A DNA stretch of 64,000 nucleotides from Candidatus Liptonbacteria bacterium (GCA_016867315.1 VGJV01000002.1:51386-115385); one strand, 5' to 3'. Positions 19,143 through 28,762 are shown, counted from the stretch's first letter. Numbers and translations: made by a program. The notes: a model not told the origin generated them from the sequence alone.

Positions 19143-19523
19143 TTACCAAATTTCAAAAAGATATTCGCCTCCGACTTTTTGCTTTCGAGCCTCTCCATTC
19201 GTCATGATTCCCTTAGAAGTCGAAAGAATCGCCACGCCAAATCCCTGTCGCACCGGCTTCAACTCTGCATACGGTTTATAAAGCCGTCGACTGGGTTTGC
19301 TCATGATTTTTACGCCTTCAATGCGAGGCTTTCCTGCCTCATATTTCAATTTCACCTCTAGCATGTTCCGGCGGCCGATGGTCTTCCGCTGCACTTCCTT
19401 AATCAATCGGCGATCCGCAAGGACCTTAAGTACCGCTTGATCCATCTGCGAATAAGGCACTAGCACGGCCTCCTTGCCGGCCATTTGTGCATTCTTAACT
19501 TTTATTATTGCGTCGTAATACAT
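19143..19523 (-). CDS. rpsH: 30S ribosomal protein uS8
   Basis: SKPSRRLY, STSKGIMT, GGE. Confidence 0.95.
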   Translation of the reverse strand: MYYDAIIKVKNAQMAGKEAVLVPYSQMDQAVLKVLADRRLIKEVQRKTIGRRNMLEVKLKYEAGKPRIEGVKIMSKPSRRLYKPYAELKPVRQGFGVAILSTSKGIMTNGEARKQKVGGEYLFEIW

Positions 19524-19536
19524 AGTATAGTAGTGA

Positions 19537-19722
19537 TTACCAAGAAGCTTTTCGCACTCCCGGGATTTCGCCGCGGGTCGCCATTTCGCGGAAACAAATT
19601 CTGCAAAGCTGGAACTCCCTCATATAGCCGCGCTTTCTGCCACAGCGAAAACACCGCCGCACCATTCGGGTTGCATATTTAGGAGTTTTTCTACTCCTCG
19701 CTATGACTGAAGTCTTTGGCAT
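19537..19722 (-). CDS. rpsN: 30S ribosomal protein uS14, zinc-binding type
   Basis: RCFRCGR...[16 protein letters not shown]. Confidence 0.96.
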   Translation of the reverse strand: MPKTSVIARSRKTPKYATRMVRRCFRCGRKRGYMREFQLCRICFREMATRGEIPGVRKASW

Positions 19723-19724
19723 GA

Positions 19725-20258
19725 TTATTTTTTCTTACCGGCGTGTTTTACCTCCTTCATAAAAGGAATACCCAACGCGCGGAACGCCTCTTCGGCTGCC
19801 ACGCGATCCCGTTTCTTAGGCACAATGCTCATCCCTAGAGAAAAAGAAAAAGGGGAAACCTCCGGGTTGATTTCCGGAAATACCACCTGCTCCCGGATAC
19901 CGATATTCAATACTCCTTTTCCGTCAATCGCGTGCGGATTAATACCATGAAAATCGCGGACACGAGGCAATACTATGGTAATTAACTTCGTGAAAAAATC
20001 AATCATTCTCGCGCGCCGGAGCGTCACCCGAAGCCCCACGGTCTGGCCCTCCCGCACCTTAAAGCCCGCAATCGAGCGGCGTGCTTGCCGAATTTCGGGC
20101 TTCTGGCCGGAAATAAGCGCGATATCCTTCATGATTTGCGGCAACACCTTATCTTCAAAGTTCGGTTGCGCACTCAATTTCCCGATTCCCGCATCGATAA
20201 CAATTTTTTCGATTATTGCGCGCGCTCCCGCGCCTTTATGCATGGTGTCTTTTTTCAT
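19725..20258 (-). CDS. rplE: 50S ribosomal protein uL5 with short N-terminus
   Basis: [27 protein letters not shown]. Confidence 0.93.
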   Translation of the reverse strand: MKKDTMHKGAGARAIIEKIVIDAGIGKLSAQPNFEDKVLPQIMKDIALISGQKPEIRQARRSIAGFKVREGQTVGLRVTLRRARMIDFFTKLITIVLPRVRDFHGINPHAIDGKGVLNIGIREQVVFPEINPEVSPFSFSLGMSIVPKKRDRVAAEEAFRALGIPFMKEVKHAGKKK

Positions 20259-20262
20259 CGCA

Positions 20263-20568
20263 CTAGAAAGAAGCCTTACACTTTTTACAAAGCCGCATAG
20301 ACCGACCTTCGGACATAGCATGCCCCACTCGTGTAGGTCGCTTGCAATTGGGACACACCACCATCACATTGCTCATAGAAATCGCGCGAGGCAAAGAAAC
20401 CATTTCTCCTTTTGCTCCGGCTTTCTTCGGCCGAACGCGCTTTTTATAAAGATTAAGACCTTCTATCACTACGCGGCCCTCGTCCGAGAGTACGCGGAGT
20501 ACCGCTCCGCTCTTACCATGGTCCTTACCGACTAACATTTTCACTTGATCGCCTTTTTTGATACGCAT
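20263..20568 (-). CDS. rplX: 50S ribosomal protein uL24
   Basis: IKKGDQV..LVGKDHGK, EGLN, SNVM. Confidence 0.95.
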   Translation of the reverse strand: MRIKKGDQVKMLVGKDHGKSGAVLRVLSDEGRVVIEGLNLYKKRVRPKKAGAKGEMVSLPRAISMSNVMVVCPNCKRPTRVGHAMSEGRSMRLCKKCKASF

Positions 20569-20572
20569 GGGT

Positions 20573-20941
20573 TTATACAATTTCTTCCGCCATTGTCATG
20601 AGCTTTTCGAACCCTCGATCCTTAAGCTCCCGAGGCATGGGTCCGAACACCCGAGTAGCCACCGGTTCTTTTTTAGCATCGATAAGCACTACCGCATTTT
20701 CATCGAATCGGATATAGGAGCCATCGGACCGCCGAAGCGCGGCTTGCGAACGCACAATGAGCACCTTGACCACATCTTTCTTCTTAACCGTCTTCCGGGG
20801 CTCTGCCACCTGCACCGATGCCACGACGATGTCTCCCACGCGCGCATAGTGCCGGCGAGTACCTCCCAAAATACGGAAACAACGCACTGTTTTGGCGCCG
20901 CTGTTGTCTGCTACTTTTAATATGGATCGCTCTTGTATCAT
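20573..20941 (-). CDS. rplN: 50S ribosomal protein uL14
   Basis: VADNSGAK, FDENAVV, TRVFGP. Confidence 0.97.
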   Translation of the reverse strand: MIQERSILKVADNSGAKTVRCFRILGGTRRHYARVGDIVVASVQVAEPRKTVKKKDVVKVLIVRSQAALRRSDGSYIRFDENAVVLIDAKKEPVATRVFGPMPRELKDRGFEKLMTMAEEIV

Positions 20942-20945
20942 GGGA

Positions 20946-21200
20946 TTATTCGCTGACTTTTCCTATAATTTTCCAGCGCTTTTCGCGAGATAAGGGCCGA
21001 GTCTCTTCGAGAATTACACGGTCTCCAACTTTATATTCGTTGTTCTCGTCATGCGCCTTCACTCGGGTAGTAATCGTGTAGTACTTCAAATATTTCGGAT
21101 GTTTGCGGGAACGCGAAATCACGACAACGCGCGTCTTCTGCATTTTGTCGGAAGCTACTACACCTTCTCGAACTCGTTTTTTAGATTCGTGCTGGTTCAT
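20946..21200 (-). CDS. rpsQ: 30S ribosomal protein uS17
   Basis: GVVASDKMQKT, HPKY, ETRPLSREKRW. Confidence 0.96.
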   Translation of the reverse strand: MNQHESKKRVREGVVASDKMQKTRVVVISRSRKHPKYLKYYTITTRVKAHDENNEYKVGDRVILEETRPLSREKRWKIIGKVSE

Positions 21201-21212
21201 AAAAATGATTGC

Positions 21213-21419
21213 CTACTTCGATTGCGTCGACTGAATCTTCGAGAAAGTTTTCATGCGCGCAATCGCCTTGCGGATCATTCGAAGCTCCGCCACATTCTTC
21301 ACTTTTCCAGCCTCCAAGTCAAACCGAAGCTTTCGGAGCTTCTCTTCGGACTCCTTGATAAGCTTCGAGAGCTCGGCAACAGGCTTCGTCTTTAATTGTT
21401 CAATTTCGCGCTTTTTCAT
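21213..21419 (-). CDS. rpmC: 50S ribosomal protein uL29
   Basis: LRF...RKAIARMKT; operon position. Confidence 0.92.
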   Translation of the reverse strand: MKKREIEQLKTKPVAELSKLIKESEEKLRKLRFDLEAGKVKNVAELRMIRKAIARMKTFSKIQSTQSK

Positions 21420-21832
21420 TACTTTTTGGTAATAATTCGGTATTTAAACGGCAACTTATATCCCGCGAATTTAAGCGCTTCCTGAGCCACTTTCTCTTCC
21501 ACTCCGTCAATTTCAAACACCACTCGTCCCGGCAAAACTTTCGCCACATAGTGATCGACGCTTCCCTTTCCTCCTCCCATTGTGGTTTCCGGAGGCCGCA
21601 CCGTGATTGGCTTGTCGGGGAATACCCGGATCCAAAGCCGTCCGCGTCGTTGCATGTGTCCGGTGATCGCCTTCCGAGCTGCTTCGATCTGGCGAGAATT
21701 AAGCCACGCCGGCTCAAGCGCCTTAAGCCCATATTGGCCGTATGAAACAGAAAGACCGCGAGTCTCCACGGTCCGGCCGCGAGAGCGTCCCTTGTGCCAT
21801 TTCCGGTGTTTTACTTTTTTAGGGATTAACAT
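21419..21832 (-). CDS. rplP: 50S ribosomal protein uL16
   Basis: [23 protein letters not shown]. Confidence 0.97.
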   Translation of the reverse strand: MLIPKKVKHRKWHKGRSRGRTVETRGLSVSYGQYGLKALEPAWLNSRQIEAARKAITGHMQRRGRLWIRVFPDKPITVRPPETTMGGGKGSVDHYVAKVLPGRVVFEIDGVEEKVAQEALKFAGYKLPFKYRIITKK

Positions 21833-21847
21833 GGAAATATAAAAGAA

Positions 21848-22573
21848 TTAGTGTTCGCGTCGTCCGCCCCGGTGTTCTCGCTTGGCCGGCATTTCTTCTT
21901 TCGGCTTTTCTTCAAAAATTTCGCCTTTATAAATCCAGACTTTGATTCCGACAGTGCCATAACTCGTGAAAGCCGTAGCCTGCCCGAAATCAATATCCGC
22001 ACGAAGCGTCTGCAAAGGCAAAGAACCTTTCGCCAACCATTCCCGCCGGGCAATTTCGTTTCCATCCAACCGGCCGGAGAGGAATATCTTGGCGCCCTTC
22101 ACCTCACGGTTCTGCATAATCTGTTCCAAATACTTTTTCATCGTGCGGCGGAATGGAAATCGTTTCTCCAAATCCCACGCGATCTGCTGCGCCACATAAG
22201 GAGCCGCGATCTGCGAACGCTTCAATTCCTCTACATTCACACTAAGCTGGGGGGCTTTACCGGTATTCTTTCGGCGAGCGCGCACGGCGCGAAGCGCTTT
22301 TTCAATTGCCTTAGTAAGATCTTCGATTCCCTTTCCTCCACGACCGATGATAAATCCAGGACGCGCTGCTTGAATCGAAATGCGAAGATTATTCGAAGTG
22401 CGCTCGATCTCCAACGCAGATACTCCCGCTTGACTGATCTTTTCCTTGATCACGCGGCGAATCGCCTCATCTTCTTCGAGGAATTGCCCGTAGTTGCCCT
22501 TGAGGAGCCACCTCGCCGGCCAGTTCTTGACCACTCCCATCCGGAGTGAAATTGGATTTATTTTCTGTCCCAT
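21848..22573 (-). CDS. rpsC: 30S ribosomal protein uS3
   Basis: MGQKINP, RPGFIIGRGG, PLQTLRADID. Confidence 0.97.
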   Translation of the reverse strand: MGQKINPISLRMGVVKNWPARWLLKGNYGQFLEEDEAIRRVIKEKISQAGVSALEIERTSNNLRISIQAARPGFIIGRGGKGIEDLTKAIEKALRAVRARRKNTGKAPQLSVNVEELKRSQIAAPYVAQQIAWDLEKRFPFRRTMKKYLEQIMQNREVKGAKIFLSGRLDGNEIARREWLAKGSLPLQTLRADIDFGQATAFTSYGTVGIKVWIYKGEIFEEKPKEEMPAKREHRGGRREH

Positions 22574-22623
22574 AGTATTGATCGAACCCCTATTAAAACA
22601 TTAATTAAGGCTCTTGTGAATGA

Positions 22624-23130
22624 TTAGACCGACTTTCTCCGAAACATTTTTTTCCAAAAACCTTTTTCCTGCCGCGGGTTCTTTCCCCCTTCTTCGGCCG
22701 GAGTGCCAGGCTTCTCCTTTTCTTTCTTAGGTCGGTGCACATGCGGAGCCGCCTTTGGTTTCCGTTCGGTAACGATAGTGAAGCGGGGGGCTTTCTTAGC
22801 GCCTTCTCCCAATATTAAGGTGATATTGCTCATTTTCTTTTGGATCGGAGTAGCCATACCGCGGGCTCGAGGCAAGAACCGCTTGAGCATAGGTCCCTGA
22901 TCCACTCGGATTTCGGAAATAATGAGATTCGCGTGTTCCATTTTCTGCTGCTTGGCATTCGCCATGGCCGAGCGAAGCAACTTCAAAAGAGGCTTCGCCG
23001 CACGCCGCGGGTGGAGCATTAACTCCGCTTCGGCCTCGTTCACGCTTCGTCCGCGAAGCAAATCCGCGACTACCCGCACCTTGCGAGGAGCCATATGAAG
23101 AAACTTGAGTTGTGCGGAAGCTTTGGGCAT
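22624..23130 (-). CDS. rplV: 50S ribosomal protein uL22 with basic C-terminal extension
   Basis: APRKVRVVAD, LLRSAMANA, PRARG. Confidence 0.95.
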   Translation of the reverse strand: MPKASAQLKFLHMAPRKVRVVADLLRGRSVNEAEAELMLHPRRAAKPLLKLLRSAMANAKQQKMEHANLIISEIRVDQGPMLKRFLPRARGMATPIQKKMSNITLILGEGAKKAPRFTIVTERKPKAAPHVHRPKKEKEKPGTPAEEGGKNPRQEKGFWKKMFRRKSV

Positions 23131-23155
23131 TGCGATAGATGATCAATAATATTGA

Positions 23156-23470
23156 CTATTTTTTAGCCGGGGCCGCCGGAACCGCTGCAGCCGCGCCTGC
23201 TTCAATATCACGCTGCATTTTCCCTCCATGTTTCGTGAATTTCCGGGTCGGAGAAAACTCTCCCAGTCGGTGTCCCACCATTTCCTCGGTGACACGCACT
23301 TCAATGAAATCTTTTCCGTTGTGAACCGCAAAGGCAAACCCCACCATTTCCGGAGCAATTTCCGAAGCCCGCGCCCATGTTTTAATAGCAGGAGCGCCCG
23401 GCCTGAGACCGGAAATCTTTTTAAGTAATCGCGGGTCTACGTAAGGCCCCTTTTTAGATGATCGTGCCAT
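23156..23470 (-). CDS. rpsS: 30S ribosomal protein uS19
   Basis: [23 protein letters not shown]. Confidence 0.97.
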   Translation of the reverse strand: MARSSKKGPYVDPRLLKKISGLRPGAPAIKTWARASEIAPEMVGFAFAVHNGKDFIEVRVTEEMVGHRLGEFSPTRKFTKHGGKMQRDIEAGAAAAVPAAPAKK

Positions 23471-23485
23471 AGAAGTGAGTATTGA

Positions 23486-24313
23486 TTATTTGCGACTTGG
23501 TCGACGAGACACCACAAATACATTGGACCATTTCTTTTTGTTGCGAGTTTTTCTTCCGCCCGTGATTTTCCCCCAAAGCGTCTTGGGTTTCCGGGTTCCT
23601 CGAGGCTGACGGCCTTCTCCACCTCCATACGGGTGATCCACCGGGTTCATCACCATTCCGCGCACGGTGGGTCGAATACCCATCCAGCGAGCCCGGCCGG
23701 CTTTTCCAATTACCATCAAGTTGTGCTCCGGATTGGACATCTGCCCCAAGGAAGCAAACCCTTCCCAAGATACTCGGCGCACCGCTCCCGAAGAAAGCTT
23801 GATGTCGGTGTATCCATCTGCATTCGCAAGCACTTCGCCGTAGGAACCGGCGGAACGCGCAAGTACGCCTCCGCGGCCCGGGCGAATTTCTACGTTGTGC
23901 ACCTGATACCCTACCGGAATATTCTTGAGCTTCATGCGATTCCCGGTCTTCAAAGGAACAGATTCTCCAACCACAACCTCATTGCCCGCGTGGAGTCCGT
24001 GCGGAGCCAAAATATAAGAAAGAGTGCCGTCGGGATATTGAACGCGCGCGATAAAAGCAGTTCGGTAGGGATCATATTCGATTCCCAACACTTTCGCGGG
24101 TTCGAGCCGTGCTTGCTTGAAATCCACCAATCGATAGCGTCGCTTCACCCCTCCTCCCTGGTGTCGCATCGTGATCCGTCCCTGCGAGTTCCGTCCCGCG
24201 TGAGACTTCAAAGTGACAAGGAGGCTCTTTACCGGCTTTTCCTTGCTGAGTCCCCGGTAGTCTACCGTCGTCGCGGACCGCCTCGAAGGCGTATATGGTC
24301 TATAAGATTTCAT
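23486..24313 (-). CDS. rplB: 50S ribosomal protein uL2
   Basis: GRNSQGRIT, EYDPYR, MNPVDHPYGGGEG. Confidence 0.97.
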   Translation of the reverse strand: MKSYRPYTPSRRSATTVDYRGLSKEKPVKSLLVTLKSHAGRNSQGRITMRHQGGGVKRRYRLVDFKQARLEPAKVLGIEYDPYRTAFIARVQYPDGTLSYILAPHGLHAGNEVVVGESVPLKTGNRMKLKNIPVGYQVHNVEIRPGRGGVLARSAGSYGEVLANADGYTDIKLSSGAVRRVSWEGFASLGQMSNPEHNLMVIGKAGRARWMGIRPTVRGMVMNPVDHPYGGGEGRQPRGTRKPKTLWGKITGGRKTRNKKKWSNVFVVSRRPSRK

Positions 24314-24361
24314 GATAGTAAATTCGTACTTTCGTACATATTCGTAAATTTAGTAGATGTG

Positions 24362-24640
24362 TTACTTAGCAATATCAATGGTCTCCCCTTTACGAAGGGT
24401 CACTACCGCTTTTTTGTAGCTGCCTTTCATGCTCCACATCGCTCCCATCCGCTTGGCTTTAGGGGGGCGGTTCACAATATTCACGTTCGTGACGTGCACA
24501 CCATAAAGTTTCTCCACCGCTTTTCGCACTTCGGGTTTGGTAGCTTCGGGTCGCACTATGAAAACATACTTACCCGCCCCTGTGAAGGTAAGGGCTTTTT
24601 CCGTCTGCCAGGGTTTTTGCAATACAAATCGAGCGCTCAT
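24362..24640 (-). CDS. rplW: 50S ribosomal protein uL23
   Basis: TEKA, ATKPEVRKAVE, YKKAVVTL. Confidence 0.95.
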   Translation of the reverse strand: MSARFVLQKPWQTEKALTFTGAGKYVFIVRPEATKPEVRKAVEKLYGVHVTNVNIVNRPPKAKRMGAMWSMKGSYKKAVVTLRKGETIDIAK

Positions 24641-25284
24641 GAAAGGTGATAATGTCGAGTCAAAAATGGCACCGCCTCTTTCGCGATAAATACTCGCTTG
24701 TGATTCAAAATGTCATACACGTTCAAGCTTGAAGGGTGAATGGCTTTTACCTTGGGTAAATTCTGCGCCGCCCGGAACGTGTTTTTCTCTTCCACTGCCG
24801 GAATAAGCAAGGCGTCAAACCGCTTCACCTTTGACGATACGCTCGTGAGTGTCCGGAGCGCGGAAGCGAGCATCTTAGTCTTCGATTCCTTCGGTGCCAA
24901 TCCATCCACGATTTTCACTTCCCCGCTGTGGAATTTCTTCGCGAGAATAGAAAAGATCGCCGTGCGGTTCATTTTCTTATTGATCTTCTGAGTGTAATCC
25001 CGCTCCTTGTTCGGCCCATGAGATTTTCCTCCTCCCACCCACAACGGAGATCGGATCGAACCGTGCCGCGCGCGGCCGGTACCCTTTTGTCTCCAGGGTT
25101 TCTTTCCTCCTCCGCGCACCTCGCCGCGGCCTTTGGCGTGTGCCCACGGCCGTCGGCTGTTCGCACGATGCGCAGTCACAACTTGCGCCACAAGCGCAGG
25201 CCGCCACCGTTCGCCAAAAAGCGAATCGGGGATTTCGATCGATTCCACTATTTTATTCTCGATGTTATATACGTCTACCTTCAT
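24637..25284 (-). CDS. rplD: 50S ribosomal protein uL4
   Basis: RGEVRGGGKKPWRQKGTGRARHGS. Confidence 0.97.
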   Translation of the reverse strand: MKVDVYNIENKIVESIEIPDSLFGERWRPALVAQVVTAHRANSRRPWAHAKGRGEVRGGGKKPWRQKGTGRARHGSIRSPLWVGGGKSHGPNKERDYTQKINKKMNRTAIFSILAKKFHSGEVKIVDGLAPKESKTKMLASALRTLTSVSSKVKRFDALLIPAVEEKNTFRAAQNLPKVKAIHPSSLNVYDILNHKRVFIAKEAVPFLTRHYHLS

Positions 25285-25292
25285 GGAAATTA

Positions 25293-25832
25293 TTATCGCG
25301 TCTCAATTTCGAGAAGACTCCCGCGCATGCCGGGCACCGCTCCTTTGACCATTAAAAGACTTCTCTCCTTATCTACTCCCACAATTTTCAAATTTTTGAT
25401 CGTCACCCGTTCCACTCCCATGTGTCCCGCCATCCGTCGGCCGGGAATAACGCGCTGCGGAGTTGTGTTGCCAATAGAACCAGGCATCCGATAGCGGTTC
25501 TTTTGTCCGTGGGTCTTCGGCCCTCCGCCGAACCCGTGCCGCTTTACTACCCCCTGGAATCCGCGTCCTTTGGTAAACGCACTCACACGCACAACGTCGC
25601 CTTCTTTGAACGCCGACACGTCTATCGTGTCTCCTTTTTTGAGTTCTCCGGTTCCTTTGAATTCCTTGCGCGCCTTCCCCAGCTGGACCTGTACTGCACT
25701 GTACCCATCCTTCTCGGGAACCCGCACAAGGGAAATAGTATTCGGTTCGGCCTTAATAACCGTGACCGGAATCACTTTTTTATCTTGCCAAATTTGGCTC
25801 ATTTTAAATTTTTTCCCCAAAATGAATGACAT
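25293..25832 (-). CDS. rplC: 50S ribosomal protein uL3
   Basis: KGRGFQGVVKRHGF, PGSIG, MAGHMG; alternative start at 25856. Confidence 0.96.
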   Translation of the reverse strand: MSFILGKKFKMSQIWQDKKVIPVTVIKAEPNTISLVRVPEKDGYSAVQVQLGKARKEFKGTGELKKGDTIDVSAFKEGDVVRVSAFTKGRGFQGVVKRHGFGGGPKTHGQKNRYRMPGSIGNTTPQRVIPGRRMAGHMGVERVTIKNLKIVGVDKERSLLMVKGAVPGMRGSLLEIETR

Positions 25833-25883
25833 CCAATTCGCATTATTTGCCTCCATTCGAATTATTCGCGATTACTCCTAAAT

Positions 25884-26043
25884 AAAAACTGCCCAAGGCA
25901 CGTACCTTTAGGCAGGGACGTCCTTGTGCAACCCAGCTCTTTACGCTTTAGGAATCCAGCACAACATCCCTAGAAAATTCTCACATCGAGAAGTTATACG
26001 GGACAATGTGTTGTTGCCTAAAGGGCTGGGCCATTAAAGAGAC
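25884..26043 (-). promoter_or_regulatory. structured 5' leader of rplC with terminator/antiterminator (candidate ribosomal leader)
   Basis: Terminator hairpin 25915-25889 plus TTTTT; its 5' arm is fully complementary over 10 nt to 26024-26015. Confidence 0.65.
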
Positions 26044-26049
26044 TGGAAC

Positions 26050-26078
26050 ATGATAAGCCAAATGGCAAAAAGTGTCAA
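26050..26078 (-). promoter_or_regulatory. sigma70 promoter for the rplC operon
   Basis: TTGACA-17-TATCAT. Confidence 0.75.
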
Positions 26079-26081
26079 ACA

Positions 26082-26360
26082 CTACTTTTTGGGTTTCTTG
26101 TATACCTTATCCCGCAACGCAATGCGATGAATCGTAACAATATGTGATTCGTGTTCCATCTCGTAAACCACTCGCCAATCTCCTACACGCAGCTTAAAAT
26201 ATCCGTGCCACTCGTGGCCAAGCGCCTCATGAACAACCGAAGGAAAATTCTCGCGAAACCACTCCAATTTGCCTAAAATCCTTCTCTGTACTGGCGCGTC
26301 CAAAGAGCGTAAATCTTCCTCTCCGGTGAGAGTGAAAGTAAATTTCCAGCCCGAGGACAT
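26082..26360 (-). CDS. RelE/ParE-family toxin
   Basis: DLRSLD..VQRRI, FKLRVGDWRVVY, HRIALRDKVY. Confidence 0.85.
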   Translation of the reverse strand: MSSGWKFTFTLTGEEDLRSLDAPVQRRILGKLEWFRENFPSVVHEALGHEWHGYFKLRVGDWRVVYEMEHESHIVTIHRIALRDKVYKKPKK

Positions 26361-26368
26361 TCTATAAA

Positions 26369-26569
26369 CTAGAGCGAACTCACTACCTCCTCAAAAGTAC
26401 GGATCCTGCCTTGCTTTTTTTCCGCAGCAGATTTCTTGAGTCTCTTTACAAACGCGGAGCGAATCTCAAGTCCTTTGTCAGAATCGATAAGCAATTCGCG
26501 CAATGCACGCTGCACCGCCCGCTCCACCACTGCTTCGATTTTTTTTTCTTCAATAGTAATGCGAGCCAT
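26369..26569 (-). CDS. putative antitoxin
   Basis: 66 aa directly upstream of the toxin; D.DKGLEIR..F.KRL pattern; promoter TTGACT-16-TAGAGT. Confidence 0.7.
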   Translation of the reverse strand: MARITIEEKKIEAVVERAVQRALRELLIDSDKGLEIRSAFVKRLKKSAAEKKQGRIRTFEEVVSSL

Positions 26570-26599
26570 GCTTTCACTCTACCTCCTAAAAATGGAAAG

Positions 26600-26752
26600 T
26601 CAATGAAGCTTGGTCTGAAGCGTACGCGTATTCCCATGTTTCAAGAGCCCTCGATACGATTCGAGCGTTGCCGATTTTCCATTATTCGCCACATTCTTGA
26701 ACATCCGCCGCTTCGTCGCCGTGCGGAGTACGCGATGGTCGGGAAAATGGAA
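26600..26752 (-). pseudogene. C-terminal remnant of a DGR-like / group II-related reverse transcriptase
   Basis: FHFPDHRVLRTATKRRMFK...LESYRGLLKHGNT resembles, from recall, the post-FLG thumb region of short CPR RTs; no YxDD or FLG upstream. Confidence 0.55.
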
Positions 26753-26923
26753 GGTGTTCATACTTTTTTTTGCCACGGGGACTTGGACGCACACTCGCTC
26801 TATGCGAGGGCGTTGCATCACTTATTGATTTTGCCGCAGCACTCATTCCGCGACTGTCTGCTTCTTCTACATCAATCCGCGACATGAATGCTGGGGCAAA
26901 AAACCTCTCAAAAGATTGGGTAA

Positions 26924-26952
26924 ATCATACCATTTCTCAATAAAAAACGCAA
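26924..26952 (-). promoter_or_regulatory. promoter reading into the RT-remnant region
   Basis: TTGCGT-17-TATGAT with extended -10 TG. Confidence 0.5.
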
Positions 26953-26977
26953 GGATTAAAGGATTAGCCTTGAAAAC

Positions 26978-27006
26978 ACAAACGCACCCTTTCGAGTGCG
27001 TTTTGT
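26978..27006 (-). terminator. probable terminator ending the rpsL-rpsJ unit
   Basis: AAACGCAC / GTGCGTTT stem. Confidence 0.55.
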
Positions 27007-27100
27007 TACTAATCCAATAAGCGAAGTCCTGTTCCAGATGGGGATTCTCGAACCCAATAAAAGGAACGGGGGCATATTCTCTTACAGCTAACAAAGCGAA

Positions 27101-27194
27101 ATCCTGCCGCTTGTGGGGATTGTCGGAGCGCGGCGGCGCGAGACATAGCGCTGCGAGAGCCCCTCGCAGATAGCGTCCCCACAAGTGACAGGAT
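27101..27194. repeat. post-stop three-way-junction element, copy 4
   Basis: Outer stem ATCCTG..GCTTGTGGGGA / TCCCCACAAGT..CAGGAT; 9 nt after the rpsJ stop. Confidence 0.85.
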
Positions 27195-27203
27195 GAGCGC
27201 CTC

Positions 27204-27536
27204 TTATACCATTTTAATTTCGACGTCGACCCCAGCCGGCAGGTTCAGGTTCCCAAGAGATTCAATGATCTTCTGATTCGGATTCATGATATCGATGAGC
27301 CGCTTGTGCATCCGAAGCTCGAACTGCTCCCGCGAATCCTTGTGTACGAAGGTAGAACGGTTCACGGTATACTTCCGCGTCTCGGTGGGCAACGGAATTG
27401 GCCCCACCACCTTCGCATCGTGCCGCTCTGCGGCATCGATGATCTGGCGCGCAGAAGAATCGATCAGCTTGTGGTCGTAGGAACGAATCCGCAAGCGGAG
27501 CTTCTGATGAAAATCGTTTTCCTGTTTCTTAGCCAT
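27204..27536 (-). CDS. rpsJ: 30S ribosomal protein uS10
   Basis: GPIPLPT, SREQFE, HKRLIDI. Confidence 0.97.
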   Translation of the reverse strand: MAKKQENDFHQKLRLRIRSYDHKLIDSSARQIIDAAERHDAKVVGPIPLPTETRKYTVNRSTFVHKDSREQFELRMHKRLIDIMNPNQKIIESLGNLNLPAGVDVEIKMV

Positions 27537-27562
27537 GAGAAAGGAGCTGCGTACCTAAATGC

Positions 27563-28762
27563 TTATTTATTGATCTTAGTTACGACTCCTGCACCTACGG
27601 TCTTTCCTCCTTCGCGGATGGCAAAGCGCTGTTTCTCTTCGAGTGCGACAGGGGAGATAAGTTTCACTGCGAGCTTTACCGTATCGCCGGGCATCACCAT
27701 TTCCATTCCCTCAGGAAGCGTGATTTCTCCCGTTACATCGGTCGTGCGGATATAGAATTGCGGCTTGTAGCCTTTGAAGAACGGCGAGTGCCGGCCACCT
27801 TCCTCTTTGGAAAGTACATACACTTCACAGTCAAAATCAGTATGAGGAGTCACGCTGCCGGGCTTCGCGATAACCTGTCCACGCTCCACGTCTTCTTTCT
27901 TCAAACCTCGGAGAAGGATTCCGACGTTGTCGCCGGCCATGGCATCATCCAAGAGCTTGTTAAACATTTCGATTCCGGTCACGACGGTCTTTTGCGTCGG
28001 CCGAAGTCCGATAGCTTCCACTTCGTCGTTCACTTTGATCTTTCCGCGTTCCGCGCGGCCCGTTACCACGGTTCCGCGGCCTTCGATCGAGAAGATGTCT
28101 TCGATAGGCATAAGGAACGGCTTGTCCAAGTCTCGCACCGGGTCCGGCACGAAGCTGTCCAAAGCGGCCATAAGATCCAGGATCGGCTTCGCATCTGCTT
28201 CATCGGCAGACTTCGAGTTCAATGCTTTCAAAGCTGAACCACGGATGATAGGAGTCGTGTCTCCGGGGAATTCATATTTCTTCAAAAGTTCGCGTACTTC
28301 GGATTCCACGAGGTCCACAAGCTCTGGGTCATCCACTTGATCCATTTTGTTCAAGAACACTACGATCGCCGGCACGCCTACTTGGCGGGCAAGCAAGATA
28401 TGCTCCCGAGTCTGAGGCATCGGTCCGTCTGCGGCAGACACCACAAGCACCGCTCCGTCCATTTGGGCGGCACCGGTAATCATGTTCTTGATATAGTCTG
28501 CGTGTCCCGGAGCATCGATGTGCGCATAGTGGCGCTTCTCCGACTCATACTCCGAGTGGTGAAGGGCGATGGTGATTCCACGCGCCTTCTCTTCGGGGGC
28601 GTTGTCAATTTGATCGACTTTCTCTTCCTTCTTCGCCCAACCTTTCATAAAGAGGACGTGGGTAATGGCGGCCGTAAGGGTCGTCTTCCCGTGGTCCACG
28701 TGGCCGATAGTCCCCACGTTCACGTGCGGCTTTGTTCGGCTAAACTTTTCCTTCTCTGCCAT
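27563..28762 (-). CDS. tuf: elongation factor Tu
   Basis: [27 protein letters not shown]. Confidence 0.98.
   Translation of the reverse strand: MAEKEKFSRTKPHVNVGTIGHVDHGKTTLTAAITHVLFMKGWAKKEEKVDQIDNAPEEKARGITIALHHSEYESEKRHYAHIDAPGHADYIKNMITGAAQMDGAVLVVSAADGPMPQTREHILLARQVGVPAIVVFLNKMDQVDDPELVDLVESEVRELLKKYEFPGDTTPIIRGSALKALNSKSADEADAKPILDLMAALDSFVPDPVRDLDKPFLMPIEDIFSIEGRGTVVTGRAERGKIKVNDEVEAIGLRPTQKTVVTGIEMFNKLLDDAMAGDNVGILLRGLKKEDVERGQVIAKPGSVTPHTDFDCEVYVLSKEEGGRHSPFFKGYKPQFYIRTTDVTGEITLPEGMEMVMPGDTVKLAVKLISPVALEEKQRFAIREGGKTVGAGVVTKINK

Noticed and set aside
26867-27184. 105-aa ORF; also 12316-12534 and the N-terminal extensions of secY and 37686-38336
   Set aside because: These are translations of the GC-rich junction element (shared LAPPRS.NP-like peptide), not proteins.
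26600-27200. Active diversity-generating retroelement
   Set aside because: No RT catalytic core, no Avd gene, and no TR/VR pair with adenine-specific mismatches found by eye.
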